DNA of 64,000 bases, from contig CAYSAA010000035.1 of NCBI GenBank assembly GCA_964428905.1, positions 281 through 64,280 on the forward strand, in the 5' to 3' direction. Shown here piece by piece: positions 9,659 to 18,484 of the stretch. The DNA comes from an uncultured Atribacterota bacterium. GTDB lineage: Bacteria > Atribacterota > Phoenicimicrobiia > Phoenicimicrobiales > Stramentimicrobiaceae. The position numbers and the translations under genes are program-made. The notes under the pieces were generated by a model. It was given only the letters and a program-made list of their open reading frames with translations, was not told the DNA's origin and did no database searches. Each line of letters starts with the position of its first letter. Position 1 is the stretch's first letter.

Positions 9659-10157
9659 TTTTTTTGCTCCTTCCGCCACCCTTTTCCCTTAATCTGCTGG
9701 CAGATAATTCAATGGCATCAAATATTTTTTGATAGCCAGTACAGCGACACAGGTTGCCGGAGATACCTCGCTTAATATCCTCCTCACTGGGATATAAATT
9801 CTCTTCTAACAGTCTTTTGGCAGCTAAAATCATGCCCGGGGTACAAAATCCACATTGAACTGCCCCAGTCTCTATAAAAGCCTCTTGGATAGGATTGAGA
9901 TGCTTACTACTACCTATGCCTTCGATCGTAGTAATAACTGCTCCCTCAGCTTGGGGTGCCAACACCAAACAGGAGGCTACCAGCTCTCCGTTCATTATCA
10001 CAGTGCAAGCCCCACACTCACCCTTCCCGCATCCCTCTTTAGTTCCTGTTAGATGTAAGTCATCCCTTAAAAGATCCAACAAGCGGGTATGAGAAGTTGT
10101 TTCAATCTTTCTTTTCTTACCATTAACGGTTAATTCAATTACTAATTTTTCCACCAT
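9651..10157 (-). CDS. Mo-hydroxylase small subunit, 2x[2Fe-2S]
   Basis: 168 aa. Motifs GCGKGECGACTV and CGFCTPG...CRCTGY are diagnostic of XDH/CODH small subunits. Confidence 0.92.
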   Translation of the reverse strand: MVEKLVIELTVNGKKRKIETTSHTRLLDLLRDDLHLTGTKEGCGKGECGACTVIMNGELVASCLVLAPQAEGAVITTIEGIGSSKHLNPIQEAFIETGAVQCGFCTPGMILAAKRLLEENLYPSEEDIKRGISGNLCRCTGYQKIFDAIELSASRLREKGGGRSKKND

Positions 10158-11043
10158 AGTACCTCCGTAGGGCTAAATCTATCTCTTCTAAGGCATTTAT
10201 CATTATCTCTTTCGCAACATCTTTGCGATACTCTCTGGTCCCCCTGATATCATCGATAGGGGCAATTTTATCCTCAACTATCTGACCTAATTGGTCAAAA
10301 TCTAATTGATTAAACTGTTTTCCTGCCATCTTTGTTCCAATTTCTTTAATTTCAATAGGAGTAGGCGCTACAGAGCCCAGGCAAGTTCTTACCTCCTTAA
10401 TGGTTTTATTATCTGCAGCCATTTTCACTATCAGGGCTAAGGTAATGGTAGCAATGGCCAAAGCCCTTCTCTTACCAATTTTTATCCAGCTGCCATAAGT
10501 ATTTTCACCGGGCAAAGGAAGGATTACCTGGGTTAATAATTGATCCGGTTTTAGGATAGTTTTTTTAGGTCCGATAAAAAATTCTTCTGCGAGAACTAAA
10601 ACTTCTCCTTGCTGAGAGAGCAATCTAAATTGAGCATTGTAAGCTATTAAAGGAGGAAGGAAATCACCTGCTGGAGAGGCATTAACAATATTACCTCCCA
10701 TAGTACCTCGGTTTCTTATCTGGGGAGAACCAATATCCGCTGCAGCCAGGTTTAAGACCGGAAAGTACTTTTTGATATCTTCAGATTTTTCTAATTGAGC
10801 ATGAGTAACCATCGCCCCAATTATCATCTTATCTTCAACTATTTTTACTTCTTTCAATTCTTGAATTAATCGTAAATCTAACCACCCGCTCACTTCATAT
10901 AGTCGATCATAATATTGTACTAAAAGGTCAGTCCCTCCCGCAATCACCTTTAGCTCATTTTGATAACGGGACAAAATCTCCAGTGCCTCCTTTAATTCCC
11001 GAGGTGCAAAATACTGCTGATTCGGTAAGGTTCTCTGTCGCAT
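10135..11043 (-). CDS. Mo-hydroxylase FAD-binding subunit (CoxM/XdhB/NdhF-like)
   Basis: 302 aa. AGGTDL and NRGTMGGNIVNASPAGD motifs of the FAD_binding_5/CO_deh_flav_C family. Confidence 0.92.
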   Translation of the reverse strand: MRQRTLPNQQYFAPRELKEALEILSRYQNELKVIAGGTDLLVQYYDRLYEVSGWLDLRLIQELKEVKIVEDKMIIGAMVTHAQLEKSEDIKKYFPVLNLAAADIGSPQIRNRGTMGGNIVNASPAGDFLPPLIAYNAQFRLLSQQGEVLVLAEEFFIGPKKTILKPDQLLTQVILPLPGENTYGSWIKIGKRRALAIATITLALIVKMAADNKTIKEVRTCLGSVAPTPIEIKEIGTKMAGKQFNQLDFDQLGQIVEDKIAPIDDIRGTREYRKDVAKEIMINALEEIDLALRRYYGGKISN

Positions 11044-11227
11044 AAATCCCTTGCCTCCTTTAAAAAAGGATATCTTCTTTTATTTTTTAATCTTCTTTTT
11101 CTTATTACCTAAACCAATAGAGTTGCTCTGGCAATACCTTAAAAATTGAAAAGGGTACAGTTGCTAAGAATAAGAACAGGACTTTTTTGTTTTTTAGCAT
11201 GCAATTGTCAAGTTATATTTTAAATTA

Positions 11228-14200
11228 TTACATGTTAATTAAATAATGATAATCTTTTAAGATGGTGTTTATTACCGTGAAAATCTTGTTAAGTTCCTTA
11301 AAATCACCATTGTTATTGCTTGGATATTTAAAATTTGCGGGTATGATTAATTCATTGTTTTTATTAATTTTCAACTTCCATAAATCATCTTTTACCCTTA
11401 AGGTTATTAACTTATCATCAGACGAACCTGTAATAACAAAACCAGTATTGGTACTGTTTCTAAAGTCTTCTATGGTGCTAAAAAAGGTTAGCTTATCTCG
11501 GTAGGGTTTCCCATCATAGGGACAGAAGGTAGCGCAGTTTCCACATTCATTGCATAACGCATCGAGATGAAGAATCTGGTAAATATCCTTAAAATCTTCT
11601 TTTTTATCCACTTTAATTGCTACATTTGCCCGATTAGGACAGACATCTACACATTTATTACAGATCGTATTGCACTCGAGACACCGCTCTGCTTCCGTCT
11701 CAGCTATTACCCTATCATCTTCGGATATTGGTACAGAAATGAGGCGCCCTTTTTTATAATAGATTTCCTGTATTTGTTTCTTTTGATCAAAATCTAAGTC
11801 AATGTTTTTATCCAAACCTTTCCAATTCGGTATTTCCTTTTTAGCGATAGCCTCTGCTGCCTTTCTCGCATCGGCAATAGCTTCAACTACTGTTGAGGGA
11901 CCTCGCAGGATATCACCGCCAATAAAAACATTTGTAAGGTTAGTCTCTAGTGTTTCTGTGTTTACATATAGTCTGTTATTTTTTTCAACCTTTAATCCGC
12001 AGGTTGTTAAAAAGGTAGAGTCTGCATGTTCACCAATAGCACCAATAACAGCATCTACAGCCATCTCTGTGGTCTCCTCAGTAGGAGCAGGACTCCTGCG
12101 ACCACTTTTGTCAGGAGCACCTAAAGACATCTTGCGACATTTTAGAACCCCCTCTTTGGAAAATGCTTCCGGCAACAAGAGGGGCTTAAAAACAACCCCC
12201 TCTGCAAGGGCTCGCTTATACTCTTCTTGGTCTGCAGGCATTTCCTCTTCAGTACGGCGATAGATGATAAAAACCTCTTCAACACCCTTTACCCTCAGTG
12301 CGGAACGGGCACTATCTACGGCAGTATTTCCGCCCCCTATTACCGCAATCCGTCGACCAATGTTCAGAGACCTTTCTTCCTTATGGAATGACCTTAAAAA
12401 ATCCAGGGCTTCATAAACATGATGATTATCTCCAGTCAGCTGCAGCTTTTGTGAAGCTTCTGCCCCAATTCCTATAAAAATATATTTATATCCCTCATTT
12501 TTTAAATGACGAACAGAGAATTCATCTGATATACCATATTTGAAATCTACCCCCATTGCTTCAATATTAGCAATATCTTTTTGAATGGCAGATATTGGGA
12601 TTCTGAAATTAGGCAGTATATGGGCTACGACACCTCCGGGGGAATCTTGTTTCTCAAATATAGTTACCTTAAATCCTGCTTTAGATAGAAAATAAGCTGC
12701 AGATAGCCCTGCCGGTCCTGCTCCGATAACCGCAACTTTGGTATTTAACTGCTTGGCAATACTGAGACTTTTACTATGTTGGACATATCTCCCATGCTCA
12801 GCAGCAATCCTCTTGATCTCACGAATATTGACTGCCCCTTCATAATCAAGTCGGCTGCAATTATACATACATTGATGAGCGCAAATATATCCAGTTATAT
12901 TAGGAAGAGGATTTTTCAAATAGATAAGTTCCAAAGCCTTATCGTACTGCCCATCTCCCACCAGTCGAATATACTCCGGAATATCTTGAAGGATTGGACA
13001 GGAGAGAATACAGGGAGCAATGTAGCAGTCGGTTAAGGGTAATTTTCGATCAATGAAAACCTTCTTCGTTCCCCTCCAATCTTTTTGGTAATAATTATCT
13101 TGCAGGGATTTTTCGGCTAATTGTTCAAGCTTCTTGACATCAATCATATTGGTTTGACTCTTCTCTTCCATAATTGGCTCTAATTTTCGAGCCATTTCTG
13201 CCATTCTCAGGTAACCGCCCGGTTTCAAAAGTTCAGTAGCCACGGTAATGGGCTTAATTCCTGTCTCAAAAATCCGGAGAATATTTAACTGAGATGCCCC
13301 TCCTGAATAAGAGATCGGGAGAGTCCCTGCAAATTGCCGTGCTAAGCGGGAAGCCAGAGTAATGGTAATGGGAAAGAGAATACGTCCGGACAGATACATT
13401 TCTTCTCCCGGAAGAATGCCCAAGGTATTTACCGTTCCCAGGGTATTGGAAAGTTTAATACCAAAATAACGATTGCATTCAGCAGCTAATTTAGAAAGCC
13501 GTTCAATCATCCCTATTGCATCATCCCACTGCAGGTCCTTAGTAAATGTCGATTCTTTGAGAGTTACATAGTTGAAACCAAGGGCATCCAGTATTTTTCT
13601 AACTTGTTTATACCCCAGGAGGGTCGGGTTCAACTTTACATAGGTATTAAGCTTTTTTTTCTCCATCAGATATCTGCTTATCGCCTCTATCTCCTGGGGA
13701 GGGCATCCATGCATGGTAGAAAGAGTGACCGATCGGGTAATATAAGGTGAAATCATACTGGAAATATTCTCAAGTCCTTGGACCTGTCCTTTAATACCCA
13801 TAGCTTCTGAAAGGTCCAATCCCCGGATAAAAGAAAGCAATTCTTCCAGATGACGCTTAAATACCAAGTTTTTTGAGGCATCAGCTAAATGGTTAATGAA
13901 GGAATTCATTTTTGGCGTTTTGATACCCTTCAGGTCGTAGCCAACACTCATATTAAAAATAAAAGAGTGCTCCGGAGAAACACATCTATTAAAAATAGAC
14001 TCTATCAGGTAAAGCAGAATCCATGCTTTGAGATACTCGTCAAAGGCCTGTTCCAGAGAAAGTTCGGTAGACCATTCAGTATTATAACCCTCGTCTAGCG
14101 CGTCAATACAGGGTTTATCAAATTGCAGACTGTCAAGTTTCTGCACCGTTTTAAGCTCAAAAAACCGGCCCCCCACTAAATAGGCGGTAACAATATTTTG

Positions 14201-14398
14201 AGCTAATTGGGTATGAGGTCCTGCTGCCGGTCCCAAAGGAAGGCCACAGTTTTCATTAAATATCTGAATATGATTCGGATTTTCTTGAACAAAAAATTGG
14301 GATTCCGGTATCCCAAAAATGGTATGTTGGGAACGATATTCTTCAATTATCCATCGGAGCAACTGCTTAAACGGAACTGGTCGCATAACATCGCCCAT
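11228..14398 (-). CDS. ygfK: YgfK-type multidomain Fe-S flavoprotein ('putative selenate reductase subunit YgfK')
   Basis: 1056 aa (E. coli YgfK is about 1030 aa). The N-terminus MGDVMRPVPFKQLLRWIIEEYRSQHTIFGIPESQFF matches the YgfK N-terminus as I recall it. Has a TIM-barrel-like N-terminal third, two Rossmann motifs (VAVIGAGPAGLSAA, IAVIGGGNTAVDSA) and C-terminal CxxCxxCxxxCP ferredoxin motifs. Confidence 0.9.
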   Translation of the reverse strand: MGDVMRPVPFKQLLRWIIEEYRSQHTIFGIPESQFFVQENPNHIQIFNENCGLPLGPAAGPHTQLAQNIVTAYLVGGRFFELKTVQKLDSLQFDKPCIDALDEGYNTEWSTELSLEQAFDEYLKAWILLYLIESIFNRCVSPEHSFIFNMSVGYDLKGIKTPKMNSFINHLADASKNLVFKRHLEELLSFIRGLDLSEAMGIKGQVQGLENISSMISPYITRSVTLSTMHGCPPQEIEAISRYLMEKKKLNTYVKLNPTLLGYKQVRKILDALGFNYVTLKESTFTKDLQWDDAIGMIERLSKLAAECNRYFGIKLSNTLGTVNTLGILPGEEMYLSGRILFPITITLASRLARQFAGTLPISYSGGASQLNILRIFETGIKPITVATELLKPGGYLRMAEMARKLEPIMEEKSQTNMIDVKKLEQLAEKSLQDNYYQKDWRGTKKVFIDRKLPLTDCYIAPCILSCPILQDIPEYIRLVGDGQYDKALELIYLKNPLPNITGYICAHQCMYNCSRLDYEGAVNIREIKRIAAEHGRYVQHSKSLSIAKQLNTKVAVIGAGPAGLSAAYFLSKAGFKVTIFEKQDSPGGVVAHILPNFRIPISAIQKDIANIEAMGVDFKYGISDEFSVRHLKNEGYKYIFIGIGAEASQKLQLTGDNHHVYEALDFLRSFHKEERSLNIGRRIAVIGGGNTAVDSARSALRVKGVEEVFIIYRRTEEEMPADQEEYKRALAEGVVFKPLLLPEAFSKEGVLKCRKMSLGAPDKSGRRSPAPTEETTEMAVDAVIGAIGEHADSTFLTTCGLKVEKNNRLYVNTETLETNLTNVFIGGDILRGPSTVVEAIADARKAAEAIAKKEIPNWKGLDKNIDLDFDQKKQIQEIYYKKGRLISVPISEDDRVIAETEAERCLECNTICNKCVDVCPNRANVAIKVDKKEDFKDIYQILHLDALCNECGNCATFCPYDGKPYRDKLTFFSTIEDFRNSTNTGFVITGSSDDKLITLRVKDDLWKLKINKNNELIIPANFKYPSNNNGDFKELNKIFTVINTILKDYHYLINM

Positions 14399-14582
14399 AA
14401 TGATTCCCTCCTTGTAACATACATCGCATATCTTCTATTTTGCGATAAAATTGTAATTGGTAACGAACTTTTCTCTTTCACAGTTTAGCATAATTACTTA
14501 TCATTATAATAATCATAAGGAATAATAATAAATATTTTTCTTTTTCAATGGTTACTAATTTTACTCCCCGCCCTTGCACCTG

Positions 14583-14634
14583 TTTAAAAACAATTCCTTC
14601 TGAAATCATTCGAAGCACCAATTCAGGATTGTTC
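14583..14634 (-). terminator. Probable rho-independent terminator after the DUF364 gene
   Basis: Minus-strand RNA AACAAUCCUGAA...UUCAGAAGGAAUUGUU forms an imperfect hairpin followed by UUUUUA, 14-65 nt after the stop at 14648. Confidence 0.4.
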
Positions 14635-14647
14635 TTTCCTTTCTTTT

Positions 14648-15373
14648 TTAATGGCTGCAGAAACAATAATGATGATAATTCATGAGGTAGGCAATACCAC
14701 TAATGGTAACCCCATAAAAGATAATCGGCTTTTTACCTAATAGAGAAGTTAAGGTATTATTTACCGAGGTTGTGCCGGTAGCGATAATAATATCAGAGCT
14801 GGATATCATTTGCCGGGTATGGGACACATTCTCTATAAGAATGCCATTTTTTCTAAGACCTACATTGCCTTTATCTAAATCAACAACTCTGATTTTAAAA
14901 GTTGTCGATAGCGATTCGACTATTGCTGGTTGTAATCCAATAAAAGCTATACGCGGTTGCCCAAATTTTTCTTGCATATAATTTTTAAACTGGGTAGCAC
15001 ATTCTGCAGGCTCTTGGTCTCTACAATGAATGGTATTGGAAATATAGCCCAAATAGCGTAAAACAGCATTGATACTGGCAATAAAAACAGCCCTCTGAAA
15101 ATTATTAATAAGTGGAAGTTGAAAAACGTCTCTTAATGTTCCAGTAAAATTTCCGGGCATATCAGTAAATGCCTGTCCTAAACTTCCCCTGAAATCAGCT
15201 TGCATCATGACTTCCTTACCCTTTAATAAGGGAAAATCATCTCTTCCCGGATTTCCTATTACCTCTTGAGGAGTAAGAGGCCTCACATTCACCACATGAA
15301 AGGTAGATGACCAAATATTATTATCTGAAACCAACAGGTAAAATTTTTCCTTGATTTTCTGGTATAAATTCAC
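14648..15373 (-). CDS. DUF364/DUF4213-type protein ('putative heavy-metal chelation' Rossmann-like domain)
   Basis: 241 aa. IAFIG...VVDL...IIIATGTTSVNNTL resembles the DUF364 signature. The C-terminus is Cys/His-rich (NYHHYCFCSH). Family call is from memory of the Pfam signature. Confidence 0.6.
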   Translation of the reverse strand: MNLYQKIKEKFYLLVSDNNIWSSTFHVVNVRPLTPQEVIGNPGRDDFPLLKGKEVMMQADFRGSLGQAFTDMPGNFTGTLRDVFQLPLINNFQRAVFIASINAVLRYLGYISNTIHCRDQEPAECATQFKNYMQEKFGQPRIAFIGLQPAIVESLSTTFKIRVVDLDKGNVGLRKNGILIENVSHTRQMISSSDIIIATGTTSVNNTLTSLLGKKPIIFYGVTISGIAYLMNYHHYCFCSH

Positions 15374-15410
15374 AGCTGTATCCTTTCTTCTTGGTAGTTC
15401 CTTTTACATA

Positions 15411-16430
15411 TTATCGGCCAAAATAACAAAATGGATAATGACATTTAGAACAAGTAGCGCAAAATCCGCCTTCGCCCATTTTTATAAAGTCCTTTTTAGA
15501 CAGGATATCGCCTATGAATATTCTTGGTAAGACAATATCTAAAATCGTATTTTTATAAAATAAGGATGCACCAGGGATACCTATTAAGGTCGTCTCTCCT
15601 GAATAGGCCAACATAAACATATTGCCTGGTTGAACGGGGACACCATAGGTCACAATCTTTGCACCGCTTTCTTTAATGGCACCGGGTGTCAGGTCATCCG
15701 GATCTACTGACATTCCCCCGCTTAAGGCTATCAGGTCGACATTCAGTTGTCTAAAATAAGAGATGGCTGCTTTAATTTTTCCAATATCATCGGGGCATAA
15801 AATTTGTCCTTTAATCTCTGCTCCAAAATAAGCAAACTTCTTCCTTAATAAAGGACCAAATTCATCTTTAATCAACCCTTTAAACACTTCATTACCGGTA
15901 GTCACAATACCCACTCTTAGACTCTTATACTTTTTTACAGCAAAAACAGCCCCTTCTTCCTGACATAATACTTCTACTTTTTTGATCATTTCTTCTGGAA
16001 TAACGAGAGGAACAATGCGCACACCTGCTAAACTCTGATTTTCAATTACCCTGAAATGATTGGGAAGACAAGGAATGGTAACATTTTCTATAGAATTTAT
16101 TTGGTATAGAAGTTTGCTTTTAACTTCAAACAATCCTTTGGTTAACGATTTTAAGGTTATTTTCCCCTCAACAGGTTCATCAAATTTAATATTCTCTCCT
16201 GATATTGCTTGAGATATTCTCAGAGAGGCTTCATTCTCATGAATTTCCCCTTGCTTGGGCTGCCAGACATAAATGTATTCCTTGCCAATTTTCTTTAACT
16301 TTTCAATATCTTCCTGCCTGATAATATGATCTTTTCGAAAGGCAGGTCCTTTGAATTTTCCAGGTATAATTTGTGTAATGTCATGACATAACTTCGTACC
16401 AACTGCTTTAGCTACCGGTATCTTTTTCAT
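15411..16430 (-). CDS. Molybdopterin-binding protein (MoCF_biosynth / MoeA-like) with Cys-rich tail
   Basis: 339 aa. The central VGIVTTGNEV...LSGGMSVDPDD region is typical of MoaB/MogA/MoeA domain III. The C-terminus reads GGFCATCSKCHYPFCYFGR. Confidence 0.7.
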   Translation of the reverse strand: MKKIPVAKAVGTKLCHDITQIIPGKFKGPAFRKDHIIRQEDIEKLKKIGKEYIYVWQPKQGEIHENEASLRISQAISGENIKFDEPVEGKITLKSLTKGLFEVKSKLLYQINSIENVTIPCLPNHFRVIENQSLAGVRIVPLVIPEEMIKKVEVLCQEEGAVFAVKKYKSLRVGIVTTGNEVFKGLIKDEFGPLLRKKFAYFGAEIKGQILCPDDIGKIKAAISYFRQLNVDLIALSGGMSVDPDDLTPGAIKESGAKIVTYGVPVQPGNMFMLAYSGETTLIGIPGASLFYKNTILDIVLPRIFIGDILSKKDFIKMGEGGFCATCSKCHYPFCYFGR

Positions 16431-16505
16431 TCGAATTTCCTAACTGTAAAATTGGAATACATTTTTTTCCTCTCAGCCTTTTATTAAATTACAGGTACTC
16501 ATAGG

Positions 16506-17198
16506 TCATTCTCCAATCGAATTTTCTTTCCTTTCGAAATAAGTCCTGGCTTTTAAATAATCTTCATCTCTATCAATATCAAATAAAATTGAACGATCTG
16601 AGATATTTATTCTTTTCACCTTATCAGGATGTGCCTTTATTAGTACTCTGCCACCTACATCACCGGTTATATTCATTAACTCCTCTTTCCAATCAAGGTC
16701 AAAAAGAACCGGATTTCCCCGTTTATCTTGATAATAAGGAACAACTATCTCTTTTTTGCCTTTAGTAAAAGAGGTAATCAGTTGATTGATAATTTTGGCG
16801 TTAATCAAAGGCTGATCACCTAAAATCAGACAAAAGCCATCTACCTCTTTTCTCTGGGAATCCAATTGAAGTAGACCTTTTTGAATGGTTGTACTCATAC
16901 CTTTCTTAAAATCGGGGTTAAAAACAATTTCTGCCTTCCACCTTTTCCCTATCTCTGAAACCTCTTTATCATCCGGACGTATCACTAAGATCATTTTATC
17001 TAACAGAGAGGATAAAGCTGCTTCCAATACCCATTCAATGATTTTTTTGGAACCTAAGGAAAGATTTAATTTTGGCTTACCCATTCTAATCCCTTCCCCT
17101 GCAGCTAAAATAATACCTGCTATCTTTGTGTCCACTGAATTAAAATCGCTTCCAAAAGTCTTGTGCCTGTTCTTTTGTTTTAATAGCAATCCTTTCAT
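16506..17198 (-). CDS. mocA: Molybdenum cofactor cytidylyltransferase (MobA-like NTP transferase, MocA/PucB type)
   Basis: AGIILAAGEGIRMGKPKL and LGDQPLI motifs. The start is uncertain: the ATG at 17198 overlaps ssnA by 59 nt, while a GTG at 17135 lies 4 nt after the ssnA stop. Confidence 0.8.
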   Translation of the reverse strand: MKGLLLKQKNRHKTFGSDFNSVDTKIAGIILAAGEGIRMGKPKLNLSLGSKKIIEWVLEAALSSLLDKMILVIRPDDKEVSEIGKRWKAEIVFNPDFKKGMSTTIQKGLLQLDSQRKEVDGFCLILGDQPLINAKIINQLITSFTKGKKEIVVPYYQDKRGNPVLFDLDWKEELMNITGDVGGRVLIKAHPDKVKRINISDRSILFDIDRDEDYLKARTYFERKENSIGE

Positions 17199-18471
17199 AA
17201 TCTAATCCACATATATTTCGATCTTCCATTAATATTTTACCGCCTACAATAGTATAATCAACCATATCTCCGCTCAGCCCGAATAAAATATGAAAATAAA
17301 CATTATTACTGTTGATGGGAGTAGGCGGAAAGTAATTGACCACTAAAAAATCAGCAGGGGCTCCTGCCGCAAGGATTCCCAGAGGTTGATTAAAAAATTT
17401 ATGGGCAATCTCACGGTTATTTTTAAACGCCATCTGAAAAACTTCTTCTGAGCCAGCCTGAGGATGGTGCAGTTCATGTTTTTGTAATAGATTTGCCACT
17501 TTGATGCTTTCAAACATATCAGCAGTATATCCATCCGTCCCCAATCCTACCACAATACCTTTATCGAAAGAGGATTGAACCGGAGCCATACCTACTGCAT
17601 TACCCATATTAGATTCAGGATTATGAACTAAATAAACCTGATTATTTTTTAACATTTCCAATTCTTTTTCCTGAAGATGAACACCATGAATAGCTAAAGT
17701 CCCGGGACGTAAAATATGAAAATGCTGAAGACGATCTGCCACTCCTTTATAACCACGGGTCTTGCTTTCGTAAACATCAGCCATTCCCTCGGCCACATGG
17801 ATATGAAAAGGGATTTCTAATTCATCAGATAGAGAAGCTGCTTGGGATAAAGTTTCATTATTTAGCGTAAAAGAGGCGTGAAGTCCAATTAACCCTCTTA
17901 AATAGTTATTGCTTTCCTGTTGTGTCCTCTTTATAAATCGTTCATTTTCCCTGATCCCTGCCAAAGCCTTTTCCTGACCGTCACGGTCGGAAATTTCATA
18001 AGATAGATTAGCTCTAATACCTGTCTGATGTATCGCTTCAGCAATTACATCTAAACTTCCATCAATAAAATTACTACTGGCATGATGATCAAAGATGGTG
18101 GTCGTTCCCTTTTTTACACAATCTAAAAGAGCATACATTGCACTGTAATATATATCTTCTTTATTTAAAGTTCTATCTAATCTCCACCAGAGCTTTTCCA
18201 AAATTTCTACAAAATTTTTAGGTGGCACATCTGTTTTAAGATTCATTCCTCGTGCAAAAGTACTATAAAGATGCATATGAGTATTAATCATACCGGGCAT
18301 TATGATTCTGCCCTTAATATCTTTAAAGGTAGCTTCCGGGTATTTTATTCGCAATTCTTCCGTTTTTTCAACTGCCAAAATATCCACTCCGTCAATGGCC
18401 ACTCCACCATTAGGGATAACTCGAGTATCTTTATCAAGAGTAATCACAGTTCCATTTCCAATAATCAACAT
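17140..18471 (-). CDS. ssnA: SsnA-type putative aminohydrolase (amidohydrolase superfamily)
   Basis: 443 aa (E. coli SsnA is 442 aa). Collinear motifs include MPGMINTHMHLY, LWWRLDRTLNKEDIYYS, IFDHHAS, HIHVAEG and LGTDG. Confidence 0.88.
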   Translation of the reverse strand: MLIIGNGTVITLDKDTRVIPNGGVAIDGVDILAVEKTEELRIKYPEATFKDIKGRIIMPGMINTHMHLYSTFARGMNLKTDVPPKNFVEILEKLWWRLDRTLNKEDIYYSAMYALLDCVKKGTTTIFDHHASSNFIDGSLDVIAEAIHQTGIRANLSYEISDRDGQEKALAGIRENERFIKRTQQESNNYLRGLIGLHASFTLNNETLSQAASLSDELEIPFHIHVAEGMADVYESKTRGYKGVADRLQHFHILRPGTLAIHGVHLQEKELEMLKNNQVYLVHNPESNMGNAVGMAPVQSSFDKGIVVGLGTDGYTADMFESIKVANLLQKHELHHPQAGSEEVFQMAFKNNREIAHKFFNQPLGILAAGAPADFLVVNYFPPTPINSNNVYFHILFGLSGDMVDYTIVGGKILMEDRNICGLDYERIAIKTKEQAQDFWKRF

Positions 18472-18484
18472 CTTTATTCACCTC

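Noticed and set aside
14478-14666. Short intergenic ORFs appear at 14478-14666 (-), 47487-47681 (-) and 63382-63639 (+).
   Set aside because: They lie in AT-rich leader or terminator regions, overlap hairpins/terminators or the rnpB 3' end, and lack Shine-Dalgarno sequences and family resemblance.
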